DNA of 64,000 bases from Candidatus Latescibacterota bacterium (GTDB lineage: Bacteria > Latescibacterota > UBA2968): assembly GCA_965116885.1 (NCBI GenBank), contig OZ220741.1, positions 3,584,001 to 3,648,000 on the forward strand, read 5' to 3'. Under the pieces are notes generated by a model that was given only the letters and a program-made list of their open reading frames with translations, was not told the origin of the DNA and searched no databases. Shown piece by piece: positions 47,694 to 58,334 of this stretch (its first letter is position 1; each line of letters starts with the position of its first letter). The position numbers were made by a program, and so were the translations under genes.

Positions 47694-48686
47694 TCACCGC
47701 ACCTGCCCCATAGGCCATTCCGAGGTCGGCCTACCTTCCCAGGTTGATCGCCGAAAGAATCGCCCGCCTGGGGGACGACTAAACCAGCTACTAATTGCGA
47801 TTCCCCAAAAGTGCTCAAAGGATCTGTCTTTTAGATTCGCGTCACAGTATGCGTAGTGCGACAAGACCTCGTCGAGAAATGACTCTCCGTATATCCAGAA
47901 CCCATAGAAATCCTTAGCGGGATCCGTGATTTCGATGTCCCCCCAGTCTATGATCCCAGTAAGTCTTCCGGTCAAGGGGTCATGATAGATGTGTTTGTAC
48001 CAGAGGTCGTTATGAGCCAGCACAGGTTCGTATGAATGATCGATGCTTTCACTTCTTTCGATCCATGCTTCGAAAACATCGCGGACCTCACATTGAAGCT
48101 CGTCTGTCCGTTCAGCGAATAACTCCTTCCACATCCTGCGACGCCTAACCGATGCGTCACCTTCTTCTACGCCGAGGCTTCGTGCCTTCGCGACCGGGTA
48201 GCTGTGGAGTTCGCAGATGAAAATACCCAGCCTCTGAGCGGCCTCGCTGCGGTTCGCCTTGGAAAGTCTCCAAAACCGCCACGGCGAAAGTCGAGTCCCC
48301 GAAATTGTGTGGTATCCCGCAAAATCTGACGCCTTCGGCACGAATGCATAGTCGGGAATGGGAATGGCCTTCAGCCTGCTTCTAAGGGCATCCAGGACGA
48401 TCCGCTCCCTCGTCAGATTCGTATCCTCATCATTCTCGAACCGGAAAGCGATGCCATTGTCCAACAGAATCATTACATGATCGGGATCGGCAATAGTCTG
48501 AACTCTTCGGTAATTTGTCCACATGAGATCTGGAAAGGCATCTCTGATTCTCTCCAGGTAGTAGCTGGAAGCCAATGGGGGCATAGGGACCTGCCAAAGA
48601 GGATTAACTGCCGCGATTTCCTCTAACTGTTGGGGTTGCTGACGGGCTTGCAGCCTATCAGACAATTCATCAATAAAAAAAGACAA
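47694..48686 (-). CDS. APH-family phosphotransferase
   Basis: HNDL..KHI, GIIDWGD, DPAKDF; start uncertain. Confidence 0.8.
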   Translation of the reverse strand: MSFFIDELSDRLQARQQPQQLEEIAAVNPLWQVPMPPLASSYYLERIRDAFPDLMWTNYRRVQTIADPDHVMILLDNGIAFRFENDEDTNLTRERIVLDALRSRLKAIPIPDYAFVPKASDFAGYHTISGTRLSPWRFWRLSKANRSEAAQRLGIFICELHSYPVAKARSLGVEEGDASVRRRRMWKELFAERTDELQCEVRDVFEAWIERSESIDHSYEPVLAHNDLWYKHIYHDPLTGRLTGIIDWGDIEITDPAKDFYGFWIYGESFLDEVLSHYAYCDANLKDRSFEHFWGIAISSWFSRPPGGRFFRRSTWEGRPTSEWPMGQVR

Positions 48687-48745
48687 TCACAGCCATTTAG
48701 GAGTTGGTATGTAGAGGAAGCCTCAGATTTCCTTTAGTGCTTGCA

Positions 48746-49381
48746 TTACTTTGGTAATCGGTTCTTCGTTTTTGCGTTTGACGTAATTTGATTGATTTGT
48801 TCTTGGATATCGATTTCTGGCGTATAGTGAATACTATGTATGCCAACTTGCTCAGCACCTTGCACATTGTTAATTCTGTCATCCACAAAAATGGCTTCTT
48901 CAGCAGTCACTTCCAAACGGGATAGCATACGCTGAAAAATCTTTGGGTCAGGTTTACGCAAACCTTCTTCAGCTGAGAACATTATCGCGTCAAAAAGGTC
49001 ATCGTGAATCTCTTCCTGTACAATTTTGCGTGTCGTGATCCAAGCATCACTGAGTACGCCGAGTTTATATTTACCTTTTAATGAGGTAATATAGTCTAAC
49101 AGATCATAATTCCAGATGGGTTCGCCCCAGAAATCCTCACCTAATTTCTGTGCTTCATCATTTGATATATTCAGTTCACCTCCAATAACTTTCCATAACT
49201 TTTCTGGATGTTCTTCTCCCACGAAAAGTTTCGGCGTTAGAGGGTGATAGAATACCATTTGGGCCAGTTCAGCTATTGACATACCAATTTGAGGAATTTG
49301 AGTGTCGTCCACTGTTAGGTTTTCTTCTATCAGTACTCCACCCATATCCCAGATGATGGCTTTGATCACTTCACTACTCAT
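48746..49381 (-). CDS. HAD-family phosphatase
   Basis: IIWDMGGVL, LSDA, RKPDPKIF, FVDD; start re-set to MSSEV. Confidence 0.88.
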   Translation of the reverse strand: MSSEVIKAIIWDMGGVLIEENLTVDDTQIPQIGMSIAELAQMVFYHPLTPKLFVGEEHPEKLWKVIGGELNISNDEAQKLGEDFWGEPIWNYDLLDYITSLKGKYKLGVLSDAWITTRKIVQEEIHDDLFDAIMFSAEEGLRKPDPKIFQRMLSRLEVTAEEAIFVDDRINNVQGAEQVGIHSIHYTPEIDIQEQINQITSNAKTKNRLPK

Positions 49382-49820
49382 TGAGTAGCGCCAGATGAAA
49401 GCCATGCCAGTCGTCGAGATCGTTGAGGTCGGTACCGAGCCACTCTTTGTCAGACTGGGGCAACCCAAGGATCTCAAGCATTTCGCTTCGGCCAGGCTCT
49501 GGCTTGGGGAACGAGAGGATGCGCTCGTTGAATTGGTCAATCGCCTCCGGCGTCAGGCTTTCCGGTTTCGCATTTTCCTTTACCCAGGCCTCGAATGCCA
49601 GGTAGCTCGGTTGCGACGCGCTTACGAAAGCGACAGCGGCGGTCGAATCAATTCCCAGAGCGTCGAGCAGCAGGCCATCAAACCCGCCTTCGCCCGCTCT
49701 GTATTCATCTGCCAACTTGTCCTTTGCCGACAGACGCATTTTCAACCATAGCCTCGGAAGGTGAACCAATCCCAACGGGCCTTTTGTCCGGGTGCTGATG
49801 AGAGGAACATGTGTCTCCAT
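49374..49820 (-). CDS. DUF5069-like protein
   Basis: GPLGLVHLPRLWLK, GFD, NDLDDW. Confidence 0.65.
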   Translation of the reverse strand: METHVPLISTRTKGPLGLVHLPRLWLKMRLSAKDKLADEYRAGEGGFDGLLLDALGIDSTAAVAFVSASQPSYLAFEAWVKENAKPESLTPEAIDQFNERILSFPKPEPGRSEMLEILGLPQSDKEWLGTDLNDLDDWHGFHLALLNE

Positions 49821-49913
49821 TGCGAGTCTCCTTATTAGTGATTATTGTGCATGGTTTGCGGGGGTGGAATGATTGGGTAATCCAACGCTACTTTCGTGTT
49901 TCGATTGGACCTT

Positions 49914-50408
49914 TTACACAAAATCAGAGGAAAGGGATCCCAAAAATCCAACTCGCTTTTCAGGATCCCGGTACTGAATCAGTTCGTAGTGCCCAATCAT
50001 AAATCCTTGTGCTTCCCAGAATTTCAAGGCTTCTGGATTGTCCCGTCGGACATTTAAATCGATCCTATCAATTCCCAGGCTATCGGTAATTTCTATGGTT
50101 GATTTCACCAGGAACGTCCCAATGCCCCTCCTGCGCTTGGCAGGAACAACGTAGAAGTCGTTTATCTCTGCCCTGGTGCCAGAGATGGAGAATGAAATAA
50201 ATCCCACTGGGGATCCTTCGCTTAGCCCCCAAAATACCCTTGGTTCAGTGCTGGACAGGGGAAAACGATCTGCGAAATACGAATCCCGACTATCAGATGT
50301 ACATACCGTATCGGCATGTGGCATGATCTCCAGCCAGTAAGCTTCGACGAATGGACGAAATCGGTTCTGGTCGGCTGGAATTACCCGTTTGAAATTGATG
50401 CGTTCCAT
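49914..50408 (-). CDS. GNAT N-acetyltransferase
   Basis: FYVVPAKRRRGIG, NPEALKFWEAQGF. Confidence 0.9.
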   Translation of the reverse strand: MERINFKRVIPADQNRFRPFVEAYWLEIMPHADTVCTSDSRDSYFADRFPLSSTEPRVFWGLSEGSPVGFISFSISGTRAEINDFYVVPAKRRRGIGTFLVKSTIEITDSLGIDRIDLNVRRDNPEALKFWEAQGFMIGHYELIQYRDPEKRVGFLGSLSSDFV

Positions 50409-50467
50409 AATAAATCAGACTCGTCTATGCCCTGCTGTTAGATGAAGTGCGATCTATCGCTTCCTTA

Positions 50468-51781
50468 TCAGGCATTAAAATAACTGAGTCGATCGCCTTC
50501 TGCTTCCCAGAGTTCTTCAAACATTTTTCGGATGTCGGGTAAAGATACGACGGATGCCGTAAGTGGGTCCAATGCACAAGCATGGAATGCCGCTTCTTTA
50601 TCTTTTTCCATTGCAGCTTTGACGGAGAGTTCTTGTACGGCGATGTTGGTCATGTTTAATGCGGCGCACTGAGGCGGGAGTTCACCAACGTAACAGGGAT
50701 GAATGCCTTCTCTATCGACCATGCAGGGTACTTCAACACAGCATTCGTCGGGAAGATTGGTGATAGATCCGTTGTTCATGACGTTGCCGTTGAAGACAAA
50801 TGGGACACCTGTGATTTTTGCTTCTATGATTGAAGAAGCGTATTCGTGGGATGCTTGTAGTTTTGGGACTTCGGCTTCGGTATCGTCATCTGTGATGCCT
50901 GTGTCTTTCATCCAGGACCGTTTGCGGCTTTCGGGCAATTCCATGAAGACGGGATCGCGTTCTGGCAGGTTGTAGATGTCCCGCAATTCCCGAGTGCGCT
51001 GGAAGTAGGGGAGGTATTCTGAATTGTGTCGGGTGCTTTCAGTGACAAAATAGCCAAATTGCTTCATTAACTCGACCCGCACCAGGTCGTCTTTGAAACT
51101 GGGATGGGTGTCAACGGCTTTGAAGATGCGAGGGTAGAGGTCTTCGCCGTCTTTGTTGAATTTTAGAATCCAGGCCTGGTGGTTAATCCCCGCAACGAGG
51201 TAACTCACATCTTCGTAGGGAACGTCAATGCCATTTGCCAGTTTTTTTGTCGTGCCCTGTACGCTGTGGCAGAGGCCGACGTTTTGGATGGATGAACCGA
51301 TAGAATGCATCCAGGTGAGCATGGCCATGGGGTTGGTATAATTTAACATGAGTGCATCGGGGCAGTGTTTTTCCATGCTTTTGCAAAATGATAGGTGCTC
51401 GTGTGCGGTGCGAAGATAACGGAACACACCTCCTACGCCTACTGTGTCGGCGACAGTTTGGTTAATGCCGTACTTCTTGGGGATGTTGATTTCAGATGCG
51501 TAAGGTTCGCCCCAGTAGGCTGCGCCTCCAATGGATACGGCAGTGACGACAAAATCTGCGCCGGGCAATAATTCTTCGCGATCCGTGCTGGCGATGCATT
51601 TGCCAGGGAGTCCATGGCCGTCAATGGCGCGGTTCACGTAATCGTGTACCTGAGTCAATCGCTCTTCGTTGATATCGCAGAGTGCGATTGTGGAATCGTT
51701 TAATAATTCACGAGATAAAATATCGATGGACAGTCGGCTTCCGAATCCACTGCCAGCACCAATGATTACAATTTTTGTCAT
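50468..51781 (-). CDS. melA: GH4 NAD-dependent alpha-galactosidase
   Basis: IIGAGS, DTVGVGG, NYTNPM, GLCHSVQ, AGINH, TESTRHNSEY. Confidence 0.9.
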   Translation of the reverse strand: MTKIVIIGAGSGFGSRLSIDILSRELLNDSTIALCDINEERLTQVHDYVNRAIDGHGLPGKCIASTDREELLPGADFVVTAVSIGGAAYWGEPYASEINIPKKYGINQTVADTVGVGGVFRYLRTAHEHLSFCKSMEKHCPDALMLNYTNPMAMLTWMHSIGSSIQNVGLCHSVQGTTKKLANGIDVPYEDVSYLVAGINHQAWILKFNKDGEDLYPRIFKAVDTHPSFKDDLVRVELMKQFGYFVTESTRHNSEYLPYFQRTRELRDIYNLPERDPVFMELPESRKRSWMKDTGITDDDTEAEVPKLQASHEYASSIIEAKITGVPFVFNGNVMNNGSITNLPDECCVEVPCMVDREGIHPCYVGELPPQCAALNMTNIAVQELSVKAAMEKDKEAAFHACALDPLTASVVSLPDIRKMFEELWEAEGDRLSYFNA

Positions 51782-51826
51782 TAAAACCTCCAGTATTAAA
51801 GGGTAATGAAATCAGCGAGTGAGGAA

Positions 51827-52687
51827 TCAGGAAAACACCGGCGCCTGGAACACATCCTCGAATTCACCGCGGTCCTTCGCCCGCTGATACTCCCACTCGT
51901 AGGGCGATTCCCTGAGCCTGTTGGGCCCGTTCCTCACATCGTGCCCGATGTTGCTTTGCCTGGGGTAATGGCTGTAGATCATGAGCCTCCGCGGACGACC
52001 GGAAATATTCGGCCTGGAGTTGTGGATCAGCACCGAATGGAAGAGCATGATGGAGCCGGGCGGCGCCAACAGGTCGATTCCCCCATCGAAATCGATCAAA
52101 TCCGGTATCACTTCCCACCCTCTTTTGTTGGGCGGTCGGTGATGTTTTAGGTGCTGTTTGTGACTCCCTGGCCAGACGTGAAGCGGTCCGGACGATTCGT
52201 CGTATGGATCCATGGTCACGGCCGAAGAGATGATCGCTTGTGGGTAATCCTGCGCCAGATAATACGCCCAATCGTTGTGAACCGGAAACCGGTCTTCGCG
52301 ATCGACCAATGGGATGCCCTCGATCGCTTCGGGCAGCGGCTCTTTGTAGTTCAGCTTCTCCTCCATGAGAATCGGCTCGTCCCCCATGAGCTGACGCATG
52401 GGTCCGATGAGTCGTTCGTCGGCAGACACTCCGGCCAGGAATAGCGACAGGTCGTTAATGGGCTGGATCTTGCGCACCATCGGCCCGGTAGATGTCTGCA
52501 GAATATCGAGCCGCCCGCTTTTTCGCCCGTTGGCCAGAGAAGAGTTGATGATGAGCTCGAGTATCCGGTCCGCTTCATGTTGCATGCGAGCGACTTCCTC
52601 GGCGTTGAATGCCTGTGGGAGCACCAGGTAACCGTTCTCGCGGAAGTGCGCCAGGTCTTCGCCTGTGAGTTCTGTTTTCACTGCCAT
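51827..52687 (-). CDS. PhyH-family Fe(II)/2OG dioxygenase (EctD-like)
   Basis: FRENGY, KLNYK, HND, WPGSH, FHSVLIHNS..N..R; start re-set to MAVKT with AGGAGG RBS. Confidence 0.88.
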   Translation of the reverse strand: MAVKTELTGEDLAHFRENGYLVLPQAFNAEEVARMQHEADRILELIINSSLANGRKSGRLDILQTSTGPMVRKIQPINDLSLFLAGVSADERLIGPMRQLMGDEPILMEEKLNYKEPLPEAIEGIPLVDREDRFPVHNDWAYYLAQDYPQAIISSAVTMDPYDESSGPLHVWPGSHKQHLKHHRPPNKRGWEVIPDLIDFDGGIDLLAPPGSIMLFHSVLIHNSRPNISGRPRRLMIYSHYPRQSNIGHDVRNGPNRLRESPYEWEYQRAKDRGEFEDVFQAPVFS

Positions 52688-52716
52688 TCCCTCCTTTTTG
52701 GGTCTGCTTCTATGGG

Positions 52717-52747
52717 AGATAACTTCATTTGAGTTGCACAACTCAAA
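52717..52747. other. Perfect 9-bp inverted repeat next to a GTTATCT core-like site
   Basis: agataac-ttca-tttgagttg-ca-caactcaaa. Confidence 0.45.
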
Positions 52748-52754
52748 GCATCTT

Positions 52755-54179
52755 CTATCTCTGCAAACATGACGGATCTACTTCTACAGAATTTGCTGTG
52801 TGTTTGTCCAGTTGATCAGACAATTGGTGGACAACATCTGCATATTCTGGATCTCGTGCTACATTTGTGAATTCTTCTGGATCAGCGTACATATCTGCGA
52901 GGAAGATGTCTTCATCTTCAGGTTTTGGTTTTTCGCCATTGAGCAACACATTTTTATCAAGGCGATACTGACTCGTGCGTATGCAGCTTCGCCGTGGCCA
53001 ACCGCGATTGCCATACCAGTCGCCACGGCCACCATTGGGTGCCATCTTGCTGAATGGCTGGCCATATCCGATTGTAGAGTAGATACAGTCGGGCGGTGGA
53101 TCGGTGAAAAGATCGCGGCCTTTGAATTGTGAAGGTGTCTCGATGTCGGTAAAAGAAAAGAGTGTTCGTGCAATGTCCAGACTGTCGCAGATGTCATCCC
53201 GCACTTGCTCTGCAGGTATGGTGCCTGGCCAGGAGATTAGAAGTGGCACGCGATGCACTGTGGGCGTGTAAGTCAGTTTTTCGAAGGCGCCGGTCTCGCC
53301 AAGTGGATTGCCGTGGTCCGCACCAAATACGATGAGCGTTTGTTCCTGTCGCCCCGTTTTCTCAAGAAAATCTAAGACCCGTCCGACTTGAGCGTCGATC
53401 CAGGCGACCTGTGCGTAGTAGTGAAGGCGTCCTGCACGGAGTTTTTCGGGATCCATTCTGGCCACACCAAAAACTTCGGCAACGCGTTTTTCAAATGCGG
53501 AGAGGGTGTCAGGCAGCGGATCGGGCAGGCCGGGATCTTGATCGTCGAGCAGCTTTACATATTGTGCTGGCGGTAATACCGGTGTGTGGGGCTGAAGAAG
53601 GGAAACGCGCACGAGATAAGGGGAGGTTGCCGTTTGGAGCCAGTGTAGGGCATTTTCAACGACTGAGTCGGGAGGATAGGGTTCGCCGTCTGGGAAAACA
53701 CCGCCGTGCATGCCGCCGTAGGGCGAGCGGATCATCTGCACAGCGTCTTCGCCAAGATGTTCCCAGATTTTCATTTCTCCACCCGTTCCGTCGTGGTATT
53801 GGAAGATTTCATGCTCTGGATTGGCACCTGGACGTATTTCGGGGGCAACGTGAATCTTTCCAAAATTGGCCGTTGAATAGCCGTTCTGTGAAAATACGTT
53901 AGGGAAAGTTTGCAGGATGCGGGGCAACCGGAAATTTGACCATGCACCTTCGTTGTTGTACACGCCTGTGTCTTCGGGATAGAGACCCGTTAGCGTGCAA
54001 TATCTGGAGGCAACGCAAACAGGCGCATTGCAAAAGTTATTTGTGAATCGCACACCGCTGCTCGCCAAACGGTCGAGATTTGGCGTGCGCAACTGCAATC
54101 TGGGATGCCCATAACAGGCCAGCGCATCGGTGCGCAGTTCGTCACAGTAAATCCAGATAATATCCGGTTTTTCAGGCAT
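52755..54179 (-). CDS. Sulfatase
   Basis: PDIIWIYCDELR, CVASR, GKIH, QPHTP, ADHG. Confidence 0.9.
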   Translation of the reverse strand: MPEKPDIIWIYCDELRTDALACYGHPRLQLRTPNLDRLASSGVRFTNNFCNAPVCVASRYCTLTGLYPEDTGVYNNEGAWSNFRLPRILQTFPNVFSQNGYSTANFGKIHVAPEIRPGANPEHEIFQYHDGTGGEMKIWEHLGEDAVQMIRSPYGGMHGGVFPDGEPYPPDSVVENALHWLQTATSPYLVRVSLLQPHTPVLPPAQYVKLLDDQDPGLPDPLPDTLSAFEKRVAEVFGVARMDPEKLRAGRLHYYAQVAWIDAQVGRVLDFLEKTGRQEQTLIVFGADHGNPLGETGAFEKLTYTPTVHRVPLLISWPGTIPAEQVRDDICDSLDIARTLFSFTDIETPSQFKGRDLFTDPPPDCIYSTIGYGQPFSKMAPNGGRGDWYGNRGWPRRSCIRTSQYRLDKNVLLNGEKPKPEDEDIFLADMYADPEEFTNVARDPEYADVVHQLSDQLDKHTANSVEVDPSCLQR

Positions 54180-54199
54180 AAAAAGTTCGGCCTTTGTTT

Positions 54200-55477
54200 T
54201 TAGATGTCTTTTTTGGGGACAACTGCGCCGTGTAGCACGAGTAGATCGTGTAAATCAGAAAGCGGAACGTCACCGGGGGTTGTTTCCAAACGCACAGATA
54301 CTGCTGCTGCAGCACCCGCTGCCTGTCCCATAGCCATTGAAGATGCCTGTACTCGCAAAGCAGAATTTGCAAGCCGGTCACTGCTCACACTGCGTCCAGC
54401 GACGAGTAAATTATGACTGTTTTTAGGGATTAGTGCGCGTAGTGGAACTGTTGCAACTGTGCCTTCAGACAGAGGTTGGGGCTTTACACCGTCTTTGTCA
54501 TGGAGGTCAATTGGATAAAAAGAGTACGATACAGCGTCCTCAAAATGTCGGCCACTGGTATAATCATCGTGGGTTATCTGCACCTCTCCAACAATGCGAT
54601 AGGTTTCGCGCACCGCGGTTTCTGCCTGCGCTTTTAAAACGCGGGCATTTTCGCATCCAGGCAGTGAACGTACAAACCGCAAAATCCGCAACAGAGATTG
54701 TCGCCCTGCAATGTTGGTTTTGGTATGCCTGTCAGAGGTCGATGCATCAGCGCCAAATACATGCTGGGCATTTTCTCCGCCTTTTCCAAGGTAGCCGATG
54801 AACCGTGCGCGCGGATTGCTTACATCGCCGTGTTGTAATCGGCCATCTTTCACGGCTGCGATAAACTGTCTTTGTATGACATCTTCGTCCAGCGTATCAA
54901 CATCATAACCACCCAGTTTAAAAATCAATGTGCCCGGTTGTGTTTCTTCTTCGCGCAAACGAGGAAAACCGATCTGGCCCACAATATTTGCTCCGCCCGT
55001 GCAGTCAATTAACTGTTTGGTCAGGATGGTGCGCCGCAGGTTTTTTCCGACGGTCTCGATTTTCCAACCTCTGTCTGTTTCTACAACTTGCGTCGGTATT
55101 TCATAAAAGTGCAATTGCACACCTGCTTGAGTACAGGCTTCTTCTGCAAGTGCCGCATATACAGGGCCGTTGATGCGTATCTGGTGCATCCAATGGCGCT
55201 CAGGAGAGAAGACTGAAAAATCCGGCAGTTGGCCACTGTCAAGTGCTACGGCTTTTACAACCAGTTCCCATCCAATGCCCGCGACAATCTGCTTTCCCCA
55301 GGCATGAAAAAGCCCGGGGAAGGAAACGCCACCTGTTGTGGTGACACCACCGAGTTGACTGCCAGATTCAACCAGAGCCGTGCGAAGTCCCGCGCGTCCC
55401 CCTTGTATGGCAGCAATCGTGCCCGCTGTGCCTCCGCCAATTACGAGTACATCTACATCTTCTTTTATATGCTCCAT
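54200..55477 (-). CDS. FAD-dependent oxidoreductase (FAD_oxidored family)
   Basis: VIGGGTAG, IDCTG, RETYRIVG, YPIDLH, LLVAGRSVS, MAMGQAAG. Confidence 0.9.
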   Translation of the reverse strand: MEHIKEDVDVLVIGGGTAGTIAAIQGGRAGLRTALVESGSQLGGVTTTGGVSFPGLFHAWGKQIVAGIGWELVVKAVALDSGQLPDFSVFSPERHWMHQIRINGPVYAALAEEACTQAGVQLHFYEIPTQVVETDRGWKIETVGKNLRRTILTKQLIDCTGGANIVGQIGFPRLREEETQPGTLIFKLGGYDVDTLDEDVIQRQFIAAVKDGRLQHGDVSNPRARFIGYLGKGGENAQHVFGADASTSDRHTKTNIAGRQSLLRILRFVRSLPGCENARVLKAQAETAVRETYRIVGEVQITHDDYTSGRHFEDAVSYSFYPIDLHDKDGVKPQPLSEGTVATVPLRALIPKNSHNLLVAGRSVSSDRLANSALRVQASSMAMGQAAGAAAAVSVRLETTPGDVPLSDLHDLLVLHGAVVPKKDI

Positions 55478-55582
55478 ATTTTTTGCTTTCTTTGCTTCAT
55501 TCCTTTTCGAGTAAAAAACGAACCTTTAGTTCGGAAAATATGTGGGATGCTTGATGGATTGGCAATCTCTTTATGTTATCGC

Positions 55583-57178
55583 CTATGCAATGTCTTCTGG
55601 GGTAATGAATACGCCTACGATGTGGCTTTTGTTAGGTTCGTCGCCATAATTGGTGTAATCGACCAGGATGATGCGGCCATCGGGTAAGGTGAGCCAGGAT
55701 GAGTATCCGTGATCAGGACGGGGTTCTTGATCAGGATGGTTGGCATGGATTTGAACGAAGCGGTCGCGCTGATATTGATCGGGGTATTCACCGGAGGAGG
55801 CAGACCAGTTCCACGACCAGTCATCGAAGGTTCGATTTTGCGATGAAAAGCTGACGGATGTCCAGGTGCTACTGCCTGTGTCACTCCATTGGCCAAACAT
55901 GGTGCGCATATCGGGGCGGGATGAGGTATGGTCTGAGATGTGTGTTTCTCCGCGGAAGACGTTTCGGTAAATCATATCTTCACCATCAACCTGTATGCGC
56001 AAGAGGCCGCCCTTGTGGCGATAAGCGACTTTTCGTGGTTGTGAGAAGTCGATTTTTTTATGCAAATCGGTGCGTTCGAGCCTACCGAGGGAAATGAAGT
56101 CAGAGCCGATGTAGAGGATATCGCCAATGCTGCCACAAGACATAAAGGCAATGGGTTCTCCTGGTGGGCCTTCGACTTGCACTTCAGCTTCGAAGTTGAC
56201 GGTACTGAAGCGATCCTGTGGCGGGAGGAGGCTGTAACGGCATTCGTGCTCGGGTTTGTGATGGATGGTGAGACCATTTTTATTGCGTGTTGCACTGTAT
56301 TTTCTGCGGGGACCACCGATAGCATATGTTCCCGCTTCTTTTTTGAGGTCGCCAATCCAGGCATAACAGCCAAGACCGCCGTTGACGTGGCGACCTGTGA
56401 CCATGCAGCGGCCATCTTCGAGTTGTCTGACATACGGACGATGGAGGGCAAAAGGACACATCTGAGGGGCACTCCAGGTGCGCCCATTGTCCTGAGAGAA
56501 AGCTACAAAACTGGGCACACCTCCGGAGCGGTTTTCGCGCATGACACAGGCGATTTCTTTGCCGCCGTCGAGGATGACAATTGCGCCTTCGCAAAATCGG
56601 TTATAACCATCGTGGGCAACAGTGACCTCATTGCCCCAGGTTTTGCCACCGTCAGATGAAAAGGTTGCGATTTCAGCAAATTCTTGAGCTTCGCGAAACA
56701 TGATATGGCTACCGACGGCAAGACGTCCGTCGGGCAGTTCCATGATGCGATCGGGTTCAAAGCCTCTGATGTTGGGTTTGTAAGGCCCGTCCCAGGTTTT
56801 GCCCTCATCTGTGCTCCACCAGAGCCAGTTGCCGGAGGGCTGGTCTTCGTGAAAATGGCTGAAGTCGTCGTGGTCGCAGATGACAACAATGCGATCATCA
56901 CTTAAGAGGCTGATGCGCGGTGTTACGAGACGCTCATCGCCTTTGCTGCGATCAGCAGTTGCGACTTCGCTCAGTTTGTCCCAGGTTTGACCATCGTTTT
57001 CGCTGTAGAGGATGGTGAGGATTTGGGTGGTTTCACCCCAGTGGGCTTCGGTATCGGAATAAACGAGCAGAAGGCGACCGGATTTGAGGCGAATGATGTC
57101 GGGGTTTTTGGTAAAGCGGCCGGGACTGCGCCAGGCGTCAAAGACTTTGTCGTTGATAGAGCGTGGATGGATATACAT
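55583..57178 (-). CDS. Sialidase-family (BNR) protein with C-terminal insertion domain
   Basis: Asp boxes SENDGQTW, STDEGKTW, SSDGGKTW, SQDNGRTW; DHGYS. Confidence 0.8.
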   Translation of the reverse strand: MYIHPRSINDKVFDAWRSPGRFTKNPDIIRLKSGRLLLVYSDTEAHWGETTQILTILYSENDGQTWDKLSEVATADRSKGDERLVTPRISLLSDDRIVVICDHDDFSHFHEDQPSGNWLWWSTDEGKTWDGPYKPNIRGFEPDRIMELPDGRLAVGSHIMFREAQEFAEIATFSSDGGKTWGNEVTVAHDGYNRFCEGAIVILDGGKEIACVMRENRSGGVPSFVAFSQDNGRTWSAPQMCPFALHRPYVRQLEDGRCMVTGRHVNGGLGCYAWIGDLKKEAGTYAIGGPRRKYSATRNKNGLTIHHKPEHECRYSLLPPQDRFSTVNFEAEVQVEGPPGEPIAFMSCGSIGDILYIGSDFISLGRLERTDLHKKIDFSQPRKVAYRHKGGLLRIQVDGEDMIYRNVFRGETHISDHTSSRPDMRTMFGQWSDTGSSTWTSVSFSSQNRTFDDWSWNWSASSGEYPDQYQRDRFVQIHANHPDQEPRPDHGYSSWLTLPDGRIILVDYTNYGDEPNKSHIVGVFITPEDIA

Positions 57179-57259
57179 CGAATTCCTTTCTAAAATCTGC
57201 CGATACGTGTTGATCCTGGGATGACGAGGTTGTAGTGAGTACCTTCCATAAGAGTTCCA

Positions 57260-58246
57260 TTACGGCTTCCAGGCGAATCGACCATATCGAGGCGTTTTTG
57301 GAGGCACGATCGGTAACTCCTCCCACCCGGACCTGGTTTCAACCAGGATTTTCAGGCCACCCTTTTTAGGATCTGGAAAAGCCCGAGTCACAAATCCATC
57401 GGGAGACCATGTGGGATCATCACCACGCCCTGCTTTTCGCTTATTATTCCCATCACTATCGACAACCCATACATTCCAGGTTTCACCGATCAGCTTGTCT
57501 CTTTCGCGATCTTGTCTCCCTGTGAATTTGCTCATATGGATCATCTCCACACCTTCCCAATGGGCGATCCACTTGCCATCCGGTGACCAGGCAGGGACTT
57601 TTTGTTCGATGGGTAGCTTGAGGGTCCCGTCATGTTCAGCAGACGTTGGTGAAATTGGTTTGGCATCACTGCCATCGAGATTGCTCAACCAAACCCTATA
57701 GTTGCCGCTTCGATTTGAAACAAAGGCCACCTTTGTTCCGTTCGGCGAGACAACGGCCATCGAATTGCTGAACTTAATTTGCTGAGGATCGCTGAACAAT
57801 CGCCTTGATGCCCTGGTCTCCGTGTTCATGATGTGCAACTGGCTGTTTTCAGCAGGGTGTTTTCCTGGTTTGAATATCATCCATACGATGTGTTTAGAAT
57901 CAGGAAACCAGGAAGGTATCAAATTTCTCCCCGAGTCTGTGAGTACTTTCTGGTTTCTGCCATCAAAGTTGGAGATCCAAAGAGCCATTCCTTTTCCGCT
58001 CTGTTGCACGAATACAATTTTACTGCCGTCAGGAGACACGGCAGGCATCATGCATTCATGATTGGAATTTGTAATTTTGCGCCTGGATGAACCGTCCTCC
58101 TTGATGTGATAGAGTTGTAGTATGTTATTTTCATCAGGGCAACTGACAATAATCTCACGCATTTGAGGCTCTCCAGCAAACAAACCATCTGATACGCAAG
58201 CAATCGCAAAAATAGCCAGGATCAATATTAAGAATGATTTCATCAT
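57260..58246 (-). CDS. Secreted TolB-like PD40 beta-propeller protein
   Basis: Signal peptide; PAVSPDG, PSWFPD, SPNG, PAWSPDG repeats. Confidence 0.85.
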   Translation of the reverse strand: MMKSFLILILAIFAIACVSDGLFAGEPQMREIIVSCPDENNILQLYHIKEDGSSRRKITNSNHECMMPAVSPDGSKIVFVQQSGKGMALWISNFDGRNQKVLTDSGRNLIPSWFPDSKHIVWMIFKPGKHPAENSQLHIMNTETRASRRLFSDPQQIKFSNSMAVVSPNGTKVAFVSNRSGNYRVWLSNLDGSDAKPISPTSAEHDGTLKLPIEQKVPAWSPDGKWIAHWEGVEMIHMSKFTGRQDRERDKLIGETWNVWVVDSDGNNKRKAGRGDDPTWSPDGFVTRAFPDPKKGGLKILVETRSGWEELPIVPPKTPRYGRFAWKP

Positions 58247-58334
58247 ACGTGAAAGGATCGACCTACAGGTTGAAAATCAGAGATTTCTCCACGTTCTAAC
58301 TTCGATCTAATCTCCTCGAAACGTCTGATAATCT

